This document shows positions 26,238 through 38,444 of a DNA stretch of 64,000 bases, piece after piece. A program made the position numbers and the translations under genes. The stretch covers positions 3,840,001 through 3,904,000 of the forward strand of contig OZ241863.1 of NCBI GenBank assembly GCA_965203055.1, given 5' to 3'. Positions within the stretch are counted from its first letter, which is position 1; the number at the start of each line of letters is the position of its first letter. The stretch is from Spirochaetia bacterium (GTDB lineage: Bacteria > Spirochaetota > Spirochaetia > SZUA-6 > Bin103). The notes beneath the pieces were generated by a model. That model was not told the DNA's origin. It ran no database searches and worked only from the letters and a program-made list of their open reading frames with translations.

Positions 26238-28284
26238 CTTTCACGCAGCGGAAGCCGATGGTGGCGCAGCGGTCGATGCCGGGATACAGCAGCAACACCT
26301 TTTCGTGGCAGTCGTTGGCCTGCGCGCCGCTGGCCAGGTACCACTTGCTGCCCTGCACCGGCAGATAGCTGCCGCCGCGCACGATGGCAAACCGCGTGTG
26401 CCCGTCGTCCCGCTCGCTTTCGGTCCACTCCCACACGTTGCCGCACAGGTCGAGGCAGCCGCACGGGCTGGCGCCGGCGGGGAACCGGTCCACCGGGGTG
26501 GTGCCGCCGGAGTTCCCGTTGCAGCGGTCGGCGGCGAACGAATCGCCCCACGGCCAGCGGTCGCGGCCGGCGGCGCGCTGCCACTCCTCTTCCCGCGGCA
26601 GCCGCTTGCCGGCCCAGCGGGCGTAGGCGCGGGCGTCCTCCAGGTCCACCCACACCACCGGATGGCGCTCCTTGCCGGCCGGTATCCGCCAGCGCCGCGG
26701 CTCGTCAGCCGGCGCCTCCCCGCGCGGCCAGTGGCGCAGGAAGTTGCGCAACTCCGCTGGCCGATAGCCGCTCGCGTCCAGGAACGCCTTGAACCGGGCG
26801 TTGGTCACCTCGGTGCGGTCGATCCAGTAGGGCCGCAGCTCGAATGCCTGCGGCGGATGGGAGAGATCGCGGTGATGATCCTGGCTCCCGTAGCACGCTC
26901 CTTCCATGACCGCGGCGACGTCGTGGCGCACCAGCATGACGTAGGGGCCGCCCTCCACCCGGCACATCTCCGGCGGCGCTGCGCCGCCCGCAACCGGCGG
27001 CGCCGGCGCGGCCGGCGCCGGCCGCAGGTCGGCCACGTTGACCCGGCGGCGGTAGCCCGCGTCCCCGTTCGGTCCCGCCGCCGCGGCCGGCGGGAAGGGT
27101 ACGGCCACCCCCTCCGGCGCCGATACCACGCAGCCGGCGCCGCCCGGCGCCAGCGCGGGCGCCAGCGCCGCGCCGCCGGCATGCTCCACCGGCCGCAACT
27201 CGCGCCTGTTCCAGACGTCGTAATGGCGCAGCGGCGCACCCGACGAATCGCGCGCGGCCACTTCCAGCACCGGCCCGGCGCTGGCCTCCGCCGAGGTATT
27301 CAACAGTGTATGCACCACCCGCTGCCCGTCCTGCCAGCGGTGCGCGTACACCCCGTCCGCCAGGGTCGCTACGCACGGCTGCCAGTGCGGGTCCTGGAAC
27401 GCCGCGGCGTAGGCGCGCAGCAGCCACACGCAACGCCGCAGCAGGGCGCGGTCCGCGGCCGGCCACGGATTCCACCAGCCGAAGATGTTTTCCCACACCA
27501 CCTGCCCGCAGCCGTGGAAGAACGCCGTCTGCACGATCTCCTGATGGTCGAGCGCGGTGCGGTCGATGGCGCGGAACGAGAAGCGCGGCTCCAGCCAGCG
27601 GATGGTCAGCAGCCCCGGCGGCGCCGGCGCGGGCCGTTGCAGCCAACTGCCGGTCACCGACTGCATGGCGCTGAGCGGCGGCACCACCTCCGGGTCGAGC
27701 ACGATCTCCGGATTGGCGTCTTCCAGCGCCGCGCGAAAGCCGGGCTGATCCATGGTCATGGTGTCCAGGAACACGCCGTCGGCGCCGATCGCCGCCACGA
27801 TCCCGGCCAGCGCCGCGCCGTCGGAGCAGCCCCGCGGTTCGCGCCGGGTACCGATGTCCCACGGGTTGTAGTTGACGAACACGCGTACCCCGCGGGCCTG
27901 GGCGCGCCGTACCAGCTCGCGCAGCGCCGGCAGGCCGCCCGGCATGTCGCGGTACAGGTCGAACTGGTTGCGCCCGTCGATCCCCAGCCGCGGATAGGAC
28001 TGCCACAGCAGCACGAAGTCGTAGCCGCCAAACTCGCGCTCGCCGTCATCCAGGATCTCGTCGATGCGGTAGCGGCGCGCCGCGCGGTCGTAGAAGCGGG
28101 TGTCGTACATGAACAGGAACGCTTCCACGCAGGCGCGCCGGTACCAAGCCGTTGCCGGACGCTCGAACAGGCGGCCGTCGAGTTTCCGCCGCAGCTCCGC
28201 GCGCCGTTCCTCCAGAGCGGCCGCCGCCGCCGGTCCGCCGCCGACCGCGGAGAGGTCGTTGTACCACTGTGCCGGGTCAATCAT
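26227..28284 (-). CDS. glycoside-hydrolase-like N-terminal domain fused to a SUMF1/FGE-fold domain
   Basis: N-terminal YNPWD, DGVFLD, WENIFG; C-terminal IDRTEVTN, HPVVWV, RLPREEEW, GNVWEW, RGGS, IGFRC. Confidence 0.8.
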   Translation of the reverse strand: MIDPAQWYNDLSAVGGGPAAAAALEERRAELRRKLDGRLFERPATAWYRRACVEAFLFMYDTRFYDRAARRYRIDEILDDGEREFGGYDFVLLWQSYPRLGIDGRNQFDLYRDMPGGLPALRELVRRAQARGVRVFVNYNPWDIGTRREPRGCSDGAALAGIVAAIGADGVFLDTMTMDQPGFRAALEDANPEIVLDPEVVPPLSAMQSVTGSWLQRPAPAPPGLLTIRWLEPRFSFRAIDRTALDHQEIVQTAFFHGCGQVVWENIFGWWNPWPAADRALLRRCVWLLRAYAAAFQDPHWQPCVATLADGVYAHRWQDGQRVVHTLLNTSAEASAGPVLEVAARDSSGAPLRHYDVWNRRELRPVEHAGGAALAPALAPGGAGCVVSAPEGVAVPFPPAAAAGPNGDAGYRRRVNVADLRPAPAAPAPPVAGGAAPPEMCRVEGGPYVMLVRHDVAAVMEGACYGSQDHHRDLSHPPQAFELRPYWIDRTEVTNARFKAFLDASGYRPAELRNFLRHWPRGEAPADEPRRWRIPAGKERHPVVWVDLEDARAYARWAGKRLPREEEWQRAAGRDRWPWGDSFAADRCNGNSGGTTPVDRFPAGASPCGCLDLCGNVWEWTESERDDGHTRFAIVRGGSYLPVQGSKWYLASGAQANDCHEKVLLLYPGIDRCATIGFRCVKDEA

Positions 28285-28389
28285 GGACCCGATCATGCCA
28301 CGAAAGGCCCGTTCGTGCACGGTCCTCGACTACCGCGGACGCGGCATGCCATGCTCGGCGAACCGAGACCAGCCCAAGGGGAGGTGTCC

Positions 28390-29745
28390 ATGCCCGTTGC
28401 CGCCGCCGCTACCGGAGTAACCATCGACTCGCTCGTTGCCGAGTACCGCGCCCGCAACGCGGCTTCCTGCGCACTGTTCCGGCGCGCGCAGGCGGTGCTG
28501 CCCGGGGGCAACACCAGAACCGGCGTGTTCGTGGATCCGTTTCCGCTCTACGTCGACCGCGCCGCGGGGGTGGAGCTGGTCGACGTGGACGGCAACCGCC
28601 GCCTGGACTTCGTCAACAACGCCAGCGCCCTGATCCTGGGCCACGCCCACCCCGCGGTAGTGGCGGCCATCGCGCAGCAGGCCGGGCGCGGCACCGCCTA
28701 CTTCGCGCCCGGTCCCCCGGAGGTGGAGCTGGCCGAGCTGCTCGCCGAGCGCATCCCGTCGCTGGAGCGGCTGCGGTTCTGCAGCTCCGGCACCGAAGCG
28801 GTGCTGGGCGCCCTGCGCGCCGCCCGCGCCTTTACCGGGCGGCCCATGATCGCCAAGTTCGAAGGCGCCTACCACGGCATCGACGACCCGGCGCTGATCA
28901 GCTACCTGCCGCCGCCGGGTCCCGCCCTCGGTCCGGCGACCCGGCCGCGGCCAATCCCGGCGTCCGCCGGACTCGCTCCCGGCACCGCCGAGCAGGTACT
29001 GGTACTGCCGTTCAACGACGCCGCCGCGTGCGCCGCGCTGCTGCGCGAGCACGCCGAGCGGCTGGCCGCGGTGATCGTCGATCCGCTGTCCACCGCGGCC
29101 GGGCTCACCCTGCCGGCGCCCGGCTTCCTGGAGACCCTGCGCCGCCTCACCGGCGAGCTGGGCATCGTGCTGATCTTCGACGAGGTGGTGAGCTTCCGCG
29201 CCGGAGCGGGCGGCGCCCAGGGCCGGTTCGGGGTGCGGCCCGATCTGACCTGTCTGGCGAAGGTGGTGGCCGGCGGCACCCCCGGCGGAGCGTTTGGCGG
29301 CCGGGCCGACATCATGGCGCTGTACGACCCCACCGACGGGGCGCCGGCGATTCCCCAATCCGGCACCTACAACGGCAATCCGATCGTCATGGCAGCCGGC
29401 CTGGCGACGCTGCGCGTCATGACACAGGCCGCGTACCGCTCCCTCGACGAGCGCACCGGCCGCCTCGGCGCCGGGCTGCAGCGGGCGTTCGACGCCGCCG
29501 GAGTGCCTGCCAGCGTGGTCACCGCCGGCTCCCTGTTCCAGTTCTACTTCCTGCCGCAGCCGCCGCGCAACTATCGCGAGGCGGCGCAGGATGACGCCGC
29601 CCGCCAGCGCTGGCTCTACTTCCGGTTGATGAACCGCGGCGTCGTGACCCGGCGCGGCGGGAACGTGTCGCTGCCGATGGAGGAGCGCCACCTCGACCGC
29701 CTGCTGGAGGAAGTGAGCGCCGCCCTGCGCCTCCTGCCGCGCTGA
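28390..29745 (+). CDS. class III PLP aminotransferase (GSA aminomutase-like)
   Basis: DVDGN, LGHAHP, SSGTEA, KFEGAYHG, LIFDEV, AKVVAGG, SGTYNGNP; RBS GAGG. Confidence 0.9.
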   Translation: MPVAAAATGVTIDSLVAEYRARNAASCALFRRAQAVLPGGNTRTGVFVDPFPLYVDRAAGVELVDVDGNRRLDFVNNASALILGHAHPAVVAAIAQQAGRGTAYFAPGPPEVELAELLAERIPSLERLRFCSSGTEAVLGALRAARAFTGRPMIAKFEGAYHGIDDPALISYLPPPGPALGPATRPRPIPASAGLAPGTAEQVLVLPFNDAAACAALLREHAERLAAVIVDPLSTAAGLTLPAPGFLETLRRLTGELGIVLIFDEVVSFRAGAGGAQGRFGVRPDLTCLAKVVAGGTPGGAFGGRADIMALYDPTDGAPAIPQSGTYNGNPIVMAAGLATLRVMTQAAYRSLDERTGRLGAGLQRAFDAAGVPASVVTAGSLFQFYFLPQPPRNYREAAQDDAARQRWLYFRLMNRGVVTRRGGNVSLPMEERHLDRLLEEVSAALRLLPR

Positions 29746-29748
29746 CTG

Positions 29749-30507
29749 CTACGCTTCGATCTGCTCGGTCACCGCCATGCGGATCATCTCCAGCATGAAC
29801 GCGATGAACGCCGTGCTCTCGCCCGCCGCCGAACTTTGCCGGATGGCGGCGTAGTAGGCGCTCTGCCGCGCGTGCACCATGCTCTCTACGGGCAGGTGAG
29901 CGAACAGCTCCCGCCAGCGGGTCAGAATGAGCGTCTGCCACAGCCGGCCCAGGCGCCCGTTGCCGTCGTCGAACGGATGGATGAACTCGAATTCGTAGTG
30001 GAACACCGAGCTGGCGATCAGCGGATGTTCGCCGGCGGCGCCCAACCACTGCAGCAGGTTGGCCATCAACTGCGGTACGCGCGCCGCCGGCGGCCCGACG
30101 TGGTGCACTCCTTCCGGTCCCGCCACCATCACCCCGCCGCGGCGATAGCGCCCCGGCGCATCCAGCAAACCGGCCATCAGCACGTGGTGGGCAGCCAACA
30201 GATCGGCTTGGCTGGCCGGGTCCCACTCCTGGTACGCGTCGTACGCCTTGATGGCGTTGCGCGCCTCCTGTATCTCGCGCAGCGGTCCGACTACCGGCTT
30301 GCCGTCGAGCAGGGTGGCCACCTGCCGCCGGCTCAGGGTATTGCCCTCGATTGCCAACGAACCCTGGATCGTGCGGATGCGGTTGATGCGCCGCAGCCGC
30401 AGGTCCCCGGCCATGCCGGCAGCCTCCGCCCGCCCGAGACCCTCGCCGATCCGCTCCACCAGCGACACGATCTCGGGCGTGATCCGGTACGGGGGCGGCT
30501 CGTCCAT
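29749..30507 (-). CDS. Fic-domain protein with N-terminal inhibitory motif
   Basis: HPFDDGNGRLGR and SLAIEGN. Confidence 0.92.
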   Translation of the reverse strand: MDEPPPYRITPEIVSLVERIGEGLGRAEAAGMAGDLRLRRINRIRTIQGSLAIEGNTLSRRQVATLLDGKPVVGPLREIQEARNAIKAYDAYQEWDPASQADLLAAHHVLMAGLLDAPGRYRRGGVMVAGPEGVHHVGPPAARVPQLMANLLQWLGAAGEHPLIASSVFHYEFEFIHPFDDGNGRLGRLWQTLILTRWRELFAHLPVESMVHARQSAYYAAIRQSSAAGESTAFIAFMLEMIRMAVTEQIEA

Positions 30508-30608
30508 TGGCGCCGCATGGTAGCGGCCGGGCGGGAATTGACAAGCGCCGGGCTTTACGCGACGGTTGAACGTGGCGCCGCCCACGGCGCCGGATGATTA
30601 GTCAGACC

Positions 30609-33323
30609 ATGTCCTTCGATCCCCGCAACCTGCCCCGGCACTACGACGCCGCCAGCCGGGAGCAGCACTTCCGCCGCTGGTGGGAGCAGGCCGGCGTGTA
30701 CCGCTACGATCCGAACCACCGCCGCGACCAGGCGTTCGTGGTGGACACGCCGCCGCCCACGGTGTCCGGGTCGCTGCACGTCGGCCACGTGTTCAGCTAC
30801 ACCCAGGCCGACGTCGTCACCCGTTACCAGCGCATGCTGGGCAAGCGGGTGTTCTACCCCATGGGGTGGGACGACAATGGGCTGCCCACCGAGCGGCGGG
30901 TCCAGAACTACTTTCACGTGCGCTGCGATCCGAGCCGCCCCTACGAGCCGGGCCTGGAGCTGCCAATGGCGACCGGCAAGGCGTTCAAGTCGCCGCCGCG
31001 CGCCGTGTCGCGGCGCAACTTCATCGAGCTGTGCGCCCTGGTGACGCGCGAAGATGAGCGGGCGTTCCAGCGCGTGTGGCAGACCATCGGCCTGTCGGTG
31101 GACTGGAACGAGGAGTACGCCACCATCGGCGACGCGAGCCGCCACCTGGCGCAGTACAGCTTCCTGGACCTCTACCGCAAGGGCCACCTGTACACCGCCG
31201 AGGCGCCCACCATGTGGGACGTGGACTTCCGCACCGCCGTCGCCCAGGCCGAGGTGCAGGACCGCCCCACCCCCGGCCACTACCACGACATCGCCTTCGC
31301 CGTGGAGGGGAGCGCGCGGGAACTGGTAATCTCCACCACTCGTCCGGAGCTGCTCGCCGCCTGCGTGGGCGTGGCCGCTCATCCCGCGGACGCCCGCTAC
31401 CGCGACCTGTTCGGCAAGCGCGCCGTCACGCCCCTGTTCCGCGCCCGGGTGCCGATCTTCGCCACCGAGCTGGCCGACCCCGACAAGGGCACCGGCATCC
31501 TGATGGTGTGCACCTTCGGCGACACGACCGACGTCCACTGGTGGCAGGAGCAGCGCCTTCCGCTGCGCCAGATCCTCGGCCGCGACGGGCGCCTGCAGCC
31601 GGTCACCTTCGGGCGCGGCGTGTGGGACAGCGCCGACCCGGCCGCGGCCAACCGCTGCTACGCCGAGTTGGCCGGCAAGAACCTGCGCCAGGCGCGGGCC
31701 GCCACCGTGGCCCGGCTCCGCCGCCCCGAGGCCGCCGCGGGCGGCGCGCAGCCGCCCCTGCGCGGCGACCCGCGGCCCATCGAGCACACCGTCCGCTACT
31801 ACGAGCAGGGCGACCGCCCGCTGGAGTTCATCACCACCCGCCAGTGGTTCGTGCGCCTCACCGACAAGCGCCGGGAGCTGATCGAACGCGGGCGGGAAAT
31901 CCAGTGGCACCCCGGCTACATGCTGAGCCGCTACGTCAACTGGACCGAGAACCTGCAGTTCGACTGGTGCATCAGCCGCCAGCGCTACTTCGGCGTGCCG
32001 TTTCCGGTGTGGTACCCGCTCGACCAGGCCGGAACCCCCAACTACGAGCAGCCGCTGCTGGCCGCGCCGGAGTCGCTGCCGGTGGACCCGCTGAGCGACG
32101 CGCCGCCCGGCTACGCGCCCGATCAACGCGACCGGCCGGGCGGGTTCACCGCCGAAGCCGACGTGTTCGATACCTGGTTCACCAGCTCCCTGACACCCCA
32201 GATCGGCAGCGGCTGGATCCTCGATCGCGAACGCCACGAGCGGCTGTCGCCGATGGATATCCGGCCGCAGGGGCACGACATCATCCGCACCTGGGCGTTC
32301 TACACCATCGTCAAGGCGCACCTTCACTTCGACGCCATCCCGTGGCGGCATGCCTTGATCTCCGGCTGGATCCTCGATCCGGAACGCAAGAAGATGTCCA
32401 AGAGCCGCGGCAACACGGTCACCCCGCAGCAGATCATCGACACCCACCACGCCGACGCCGCGCGCTACTGGGCGGCCAGCGCGCGGCTGGGGGTGGACAC
32501 CGCCTACGACGAGTCGGTGTTCAAGGTCGGGCGCCGGCTGGTGACCAAGCTGTACAACGCCGGCAAGTTCGTGACCGGCATCGTGGCCGCGGCGCACGCC
32601 GAGCCGGGCGGGAGGCCCGGCGTGGAAGCGGTGACCGACGAGTTGGACCGCGGCTTTCTGCAGCAGCTCCGCGCCCTGGTGGAACGGGCTACCGCCGCGT
32701 TCGACGACTTCGACTACGCCGCGGCGCTGGCGCATACCGAAGAGTTCTTCTGGGGCAACTTTACCGATTCCTACATCGAGCTGGCCAAGAATCGCGCCAA
32801 GGGCAGCGGCGGCGCGAGCCGCGCCGCGCGCGCTTCGGCCGTGGCCGCCCTCGACTTCGCGCTGCGCGCGCTGGTGCGCCTGTTCGCGCCGGTGCTGCCC
32901 TACGTCACCGAGGAGGTGTGGTCGTGGGACTACGCGCCGCGCGCGGCGGCTGAGCTGGCCGAGGGGGACGGCGGCGGCGCCGGCGGCGACCTGCCGGCCG
33001 CCTGTTCGGTGCACCGCGCCGCGTGGCCGGCGGCGGCCGAGTTCGCGCCCCTCAGAGCGCCCGACAACGACGCCAGCTTCGCCGCCGCCAAGGCCTGCCT
33101 GGCGGCCATTCACCGGCACAAGACCCAGGCCTCGGTATCGGTGGCGCGGGCGGTCGACTCCATCCGCCTCGCCGCCCATCCGAGCACGGTGCGGGTCGCC
33201 GAGGCGGTAACCGGCGACGTGATCAGCGCGGTGCGCGCCGCGAGCTTCGAGCTGGTGGAAGACGATTCCCTCGCCGCCGGCGAGTTCGCCGTGCGGGCGG
33301 CCGAGTTCGCCGCCCGCGCCTGA
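30609..33323 (+). CDS. valS: valine--tRNA ligase
   Basis: DTPPPTVSGSLHVGH, DWCISRQR, KMSKS. Confidence 0.95.
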   Translation: MSFDPRNLPRHYDAASREQHFRRWWEQAGVYRYDPNHRRDQAFVVDTPPPTVSGSLHVGHVFSYTQADVVTRYQRMLGKRVFYPMGWDDNGLPTERRVQNYFHVRCDPSRPYEPGLELPMATGKAFKSPPRAVSRRNFIELCALVTREDERAFQRVWQTIGLSVDWNEEYATIGDASRHLAQYSFLDLYRKGHLYTAEAPTMWDVDFRTAVAQAEVQDRPTPGHYHDIAFAVEGSARELVISTTRPELLAACVGVAAHPADARYRDLFGKRAVTPLFRARVPIFATELADPDKGTGILMVCTFGDTTDVHWWQEQRLPLRQILGRDGRLQPVTFGRGVWDSADPAAANRCYAELAGKNLRQARAATVARLRRPEAAAGGAQPPLRGDPRPIEHTVRYYEQGDRPLEFITTRQWFVRLTDKRRELIERGREIQWHPGYMLSRYVNWTENLQFDWCISRQRYFGVPFPVWYPLDQAGTPNYEQPLLAAPESLPVDPLSDAPPGYAPDQRDRPGGFTAEADVFDTWFTSSLTPQIGSGWILDRERHERLSPMDIRPQGHDIIRTWAFYTIVKAHLHFDAIPWRHALISGWILDPERKKMSKSRGNTVTPQQIIDTHHADAARYWAASARLGVDTAYDESVFKVGRRLVTKLYNAGKFVTGIVAAAHAEPGGRPGVEAVTDELDRGFLQQLRALVERATAAFDDFDYAAALAHTEEFFWGNFTDSYIELAKNRAKGSGGASRAARASAVAALDFALRALVRLFAPVLPYVTEEVWSWDYAPRAAAELAEGDGGGAGGDLPAACSVHRAAWPAAAEFAPLRAPDNDASFAAAKACLAAIHRHKTQASVSVARAVDSIRLAAHPSTVRVAEAVTGDVISAVRAASFELVEDDSLAAGEFAVRAAEFAARA

Positions 33324-33337
33324 GCGGAGCGCGGGCG

Positions 33338-34480
33338 GTGGCGGCGCAACCGCGCGTCCCCGGCGCCAGCCGGCGCGTGGTGCGCGGGCGCGGCGCGGTG
33401 GCCAACCCCGGCAACCGCTTCGACGGCATCGACCACCTGCCCGACCCCGAGGCCCTGCAGGCGCAGGCCGACGCCGGCGAGGCCCCCGAGCGCCCGCGCA
33501 CCGAGCTGCTGCGCGACCGCTCGCGCAGCATCATCACCGGTAACGACAGCCCGGACGTGGGCTTCGCCGCCTCCATCAACCCCTACCGGGGCTGCGAGCA
33601 CGGCTGCGCCTACTGCTTCGCCCGGCCCACTCACGAGTACCTGGGCATGTCCGCCGGCCTCGACTTCGAGACCAGGATCCTGGTCAAGGAACACGCCCCG
33701 GAACTGCTACGCCGCGAGCTGGCGCGGCCCGGATGGCGCCCGCAGGCGCTCGGCCTGAGCGGCGTCACCGACCCCTACCAGCCGATCGAGCGCCGCCTGC
33801 GGGTGACGCGCGGCTGCCTGGAGGTGCTGTGCGAGGCGCGCAATCCGGTGCATGTGATTACCAAGAACTACTTGGTGACGCGCGACGTCGACCTGTTGGG
33901 GGAGCTGGCGCGGCAGCGGCTGGCCGCGGTGTGCATGTCGCTGCCCACCATCGACAGCGCCTTGAGCCGCGCGCTGGAGCCGCGCACCAGCCAGCCGCAA
34001 CGGCGCCTGGAGGCGATTGCGCGGCTCGCCGCCGCCGGCATACCGGTGGTGGTGCTGGTGGCGCCGGTCATTCCCGGACTCACCGACCACGAGATACCGG
34101 CCATCATCGCCGCCGCGCGCCGCGCCGGCGCCACCGGCGCCGGCTACGTCACCCTGCGGCTGCCGCTGGCGGTGGCGCCGCTGTTCAGCGCCTGGCTCGA
34201 GGAACACCGCCCCAACCACGCGCGCAAGGTGCTGCAGCGGGTCCGCGACCTGCGCGGCGGCGCCTTGAACGAGGCCGCCTTCGGCCACCGCATGCGCGGG
34301 CGCGGGCCGTTTGCGAAGTTGATCGAGCAGCTCTTCGCCGGCGCCTGCCGCCGCCACGGCATCGCCCCCGAGCTCCCGGCGCTGCGCACCGACCTGTTCC
34401 GGCGCCCGCGCGCCGACGCCGCGCAACTCCCGCTGTTCGCCGAGGACGGCGCCGAGCGCGGCGCGGAGGGCGGCCCGTGA
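33338..34480 (+). CDS. radical SAM protein (PA0069/SPL-like family)
   Basis: NPYRGCEHGCAYC, TDPYQPIE; start approximate. Confidence 0.9.
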   Translation: MAAQPRVPGASRRVVRGRGAVANPGNRFDGIDHLPDPEALQAQADAGEAPERPRTELLRDRSRSIITGNDSPDVGFAASINPYRGCEHGCAYCFARPTHEYLGMSAGLDFETRILVKEHAPELLRRELARPGWRPQALGLSGVTDPYQPIERRLRVTRGCLEVLCEARNPVHVITKNYLVTRDVDLLGELARQRLAAVCMSLPTIDSALSRALEPRTSQPQRRLEAIARLAAAGIPVVVLVAPVIPGLTDHEIPAIIAAARRAGATGAGYVTLRLPLAVAPLFSAWLEEHRPNHARKVLQRVRDLRGGALNEAAFGHRMRGRGPFAKLIEQLFAGACRRHGIAPELPALRTDLFRRPRADAAQLPLFAEDGAERGAEGGP

Positions 34481-34800
34481 GCGGCGCGGCGCAGGAGGCG
34501 CCCTGGCCCGAGGCAATCGACGCCCCGGACGCCGGAACGGAGGCGCGCGAGCCGCCGTTGTTTCAGGTGATCATGCACAACGACCACTACACCACCATGG
34601 ACTTCGTGGTGAGCGTGCTCGAGAGCGTGTTCTACAAGTCGCCCTCCGAGGCTACGCAGATCATGCTCGCGATTCATCGCCGCGGCGCGGGCCGCTGCGG
34701 CGTCTATACCCGCGAGGTGGCGGAAATGAAGATCGAGCAGGTGCATCGGCTGGCGCGGCGGCGCGAGTTTCCGCTGCGCTGTTCGCTGCAAGAGGAATGA
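34477..34800 (+). CDS. clpS: Clp protease adaptor ClpS
   Basis: VIMHNDHYTTMDFVV..IHRRG..GVY..AEMK..FPLRC. Confidence 0.93.
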   Translation: MSGAAQEAPWPEAIDAPDAGTEAREPPLFQVIMHNDHYTTMDFVVSVLESVFYKSPSEATQIMLAIHRRGAGRCGVYTREVAEMKIEQVHRLARRREFPLRCSLQEE

Positions 34801-34807
34801 TTCGACG

Positions 34808-37156
<2,349 letters not shown>

Positions 37157-37190
37157 TTCGGGCGCGGCGCGCTACCCGTTACGTCCTGCG

Positions 37191-38342
37191 TTACAGTGGG
37201 CGCTCGTAGATGCGGTAGCGTTTGTAGACCCGCGCGCCCAGCTTCTCCAGCGTGTTGCGCATGGCGTAGTTGTCCTCCAGCACCCACGAAAACTCGCCGC
37301 GCCGGTATCCCTTGGCCACGCCGCGGGTGTAGGTCTCGTAGTAGAACACCGCGTCCAGGCCAAGGTTGCGGAACTTGTGGCGCACCCCGGCCAGCGCCAC
37401 CCGCAGCAGGTCGATCTTGCGGCGGTACCACAGCACCTTGAGCACGCCGGTGGGAAGCAGCCGCCCGTTGAGGCGCCGCAGCACCTGGTGGAAGTCGGGC
37501 AGCGCCAGCGAGAAGCCCGCCGGCTCACCGTCCACGAACGCCAGCAGCGCCAGGTCGGGGTCGATCACCATCTTCAGGTCGGCCACGCTGTAGTCGATCT
37601 CGGCGTCGCTCCACGGCACGAATCCCCAGTTCCTGGTCCAGGCGTCGTTGTAGATCTGCTTGACCAGCGCCATTTCGCGGTCGAGTTGGCGCAGGTTCGC
37701 GCTGCGAATGGTGACGTTGTGGCGGCGGCGCACCAACTCCGCCAGCCGCGCGGCGCGCGGCGGCACCGGCGTCTCGCGCGAGTCCATGTAGAGCGCCACC
37801 AGGTCCTTGGCCTTGACCAGCCCGGCGGCCTGCAGCAGACGCGGGTAGTAGGAGGGATTGTAGGCCATGAGGATGGCGGGCGGGAGGTCGTACGCATCGA
37901 GCAGGATGCCGAGCGACTCCGCGGTGGAGGGGTTGACCGGCCCGCGCAGGCAGGTCATGCCGCGCGCCTTCAGCCAGCGGCCGGCGGCGTCCAGCAGGGC
38001 GCGCGCTACCGCCGTCAGGTCCTCGGCCTCGAAGAAGCCGAAGAAGCCGGTGCGTTCCTCGTGGAACTTGTTGTACTCATGATCGATGATGGCGGCCGCG
38101 GTGCCCGCGACCTCGCCGCCGCGGTAGGCCAGGAAGGGCTGGATCTCGGCATGTCGGTAGAACGGGTTGCGCGCGGTATCGAGTTTCTTCCTGAAGTCCG
38201 AGAGCAGCGGCGGCACCCACGCCGAGTTGCCGCGGTAGACCGACCACGGGAACCGCATGAAGCGCCGCCGCTCGGCCGCGCTCCGCACCGCCGCCACCCG
38301 TATCGCTTCCTGGGAGGTCTTGCGGGCGGCGGCGACTGCCAT
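37191..38342 (-). CDS. GNAT acyltransferase, YghO/bacterial ceramide synthase-like
   Basis: FPWSVY...WVPPL, NPFY, GFFGFFE, RGP, YNPSYY, NWGFVP, SWVLEDN. Confidence 0.8.
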   Translation of the reverse strand: MAVAAARKTSQEAIRVAAVRSAAERRRFMRFPWSVYRGNSAWVPPLLSDFRKKLDTARNPFYRHAEIQPFLAYRGGEVAGTAAAIIDHEYNKFHEERTGFFGFFEAEDLTAVARALLDAAGRWLKARGMTCLRGPVNPSTAESLGILLDAYDLPPAILMAYNPSYYPRLLQAAGLVKAKDLVALYMDSRETPVPPRAARLAELVRRRHNVTIRSANLRQLDREMALVKQIYNDAWTRNWGFVPWSDAEIDYSVADLKMVIDPDLALLAFVDGEPAGFSLALPDFHQVLRRLNGRLLPTGVLKVLWYRRKIDLLRVALAGVRHKFRNLGLDAVFYYETYTRGVAKGYRRGEFSWVLEDNYAMRNTLEKLGARVYKRYRIYERPL

Positions 38343-38444
38343 AAGCGGTAGCGCAGCATACCATGAAGATGCGCTTTCCCGTATCGTAACTCCGAGCATG
38401 AGGATGGCGACCGCGAACCATGCCAGGGATGGCGCAGCTCACCG

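Noticed and set aside
26305..29745. 1146-aa ORF as a fusion
   Set aside because: The N-terminal part is antisense to the FGE-fold gene; the likely start is ATG 28390 with an RBS
28390..29745. Assignment as hemL
   Set aside because: Family similarity only; divergent motifs and no tetrapyrrole gene context
33338..34480. Radical SAM enzyme as the RiPP maturase for the Trp-containing core
   Set aside because: About 16 kb away, PA0069/SPL-like family in the valS-clpS-clpA run, with no SPASM or RRE domain evident
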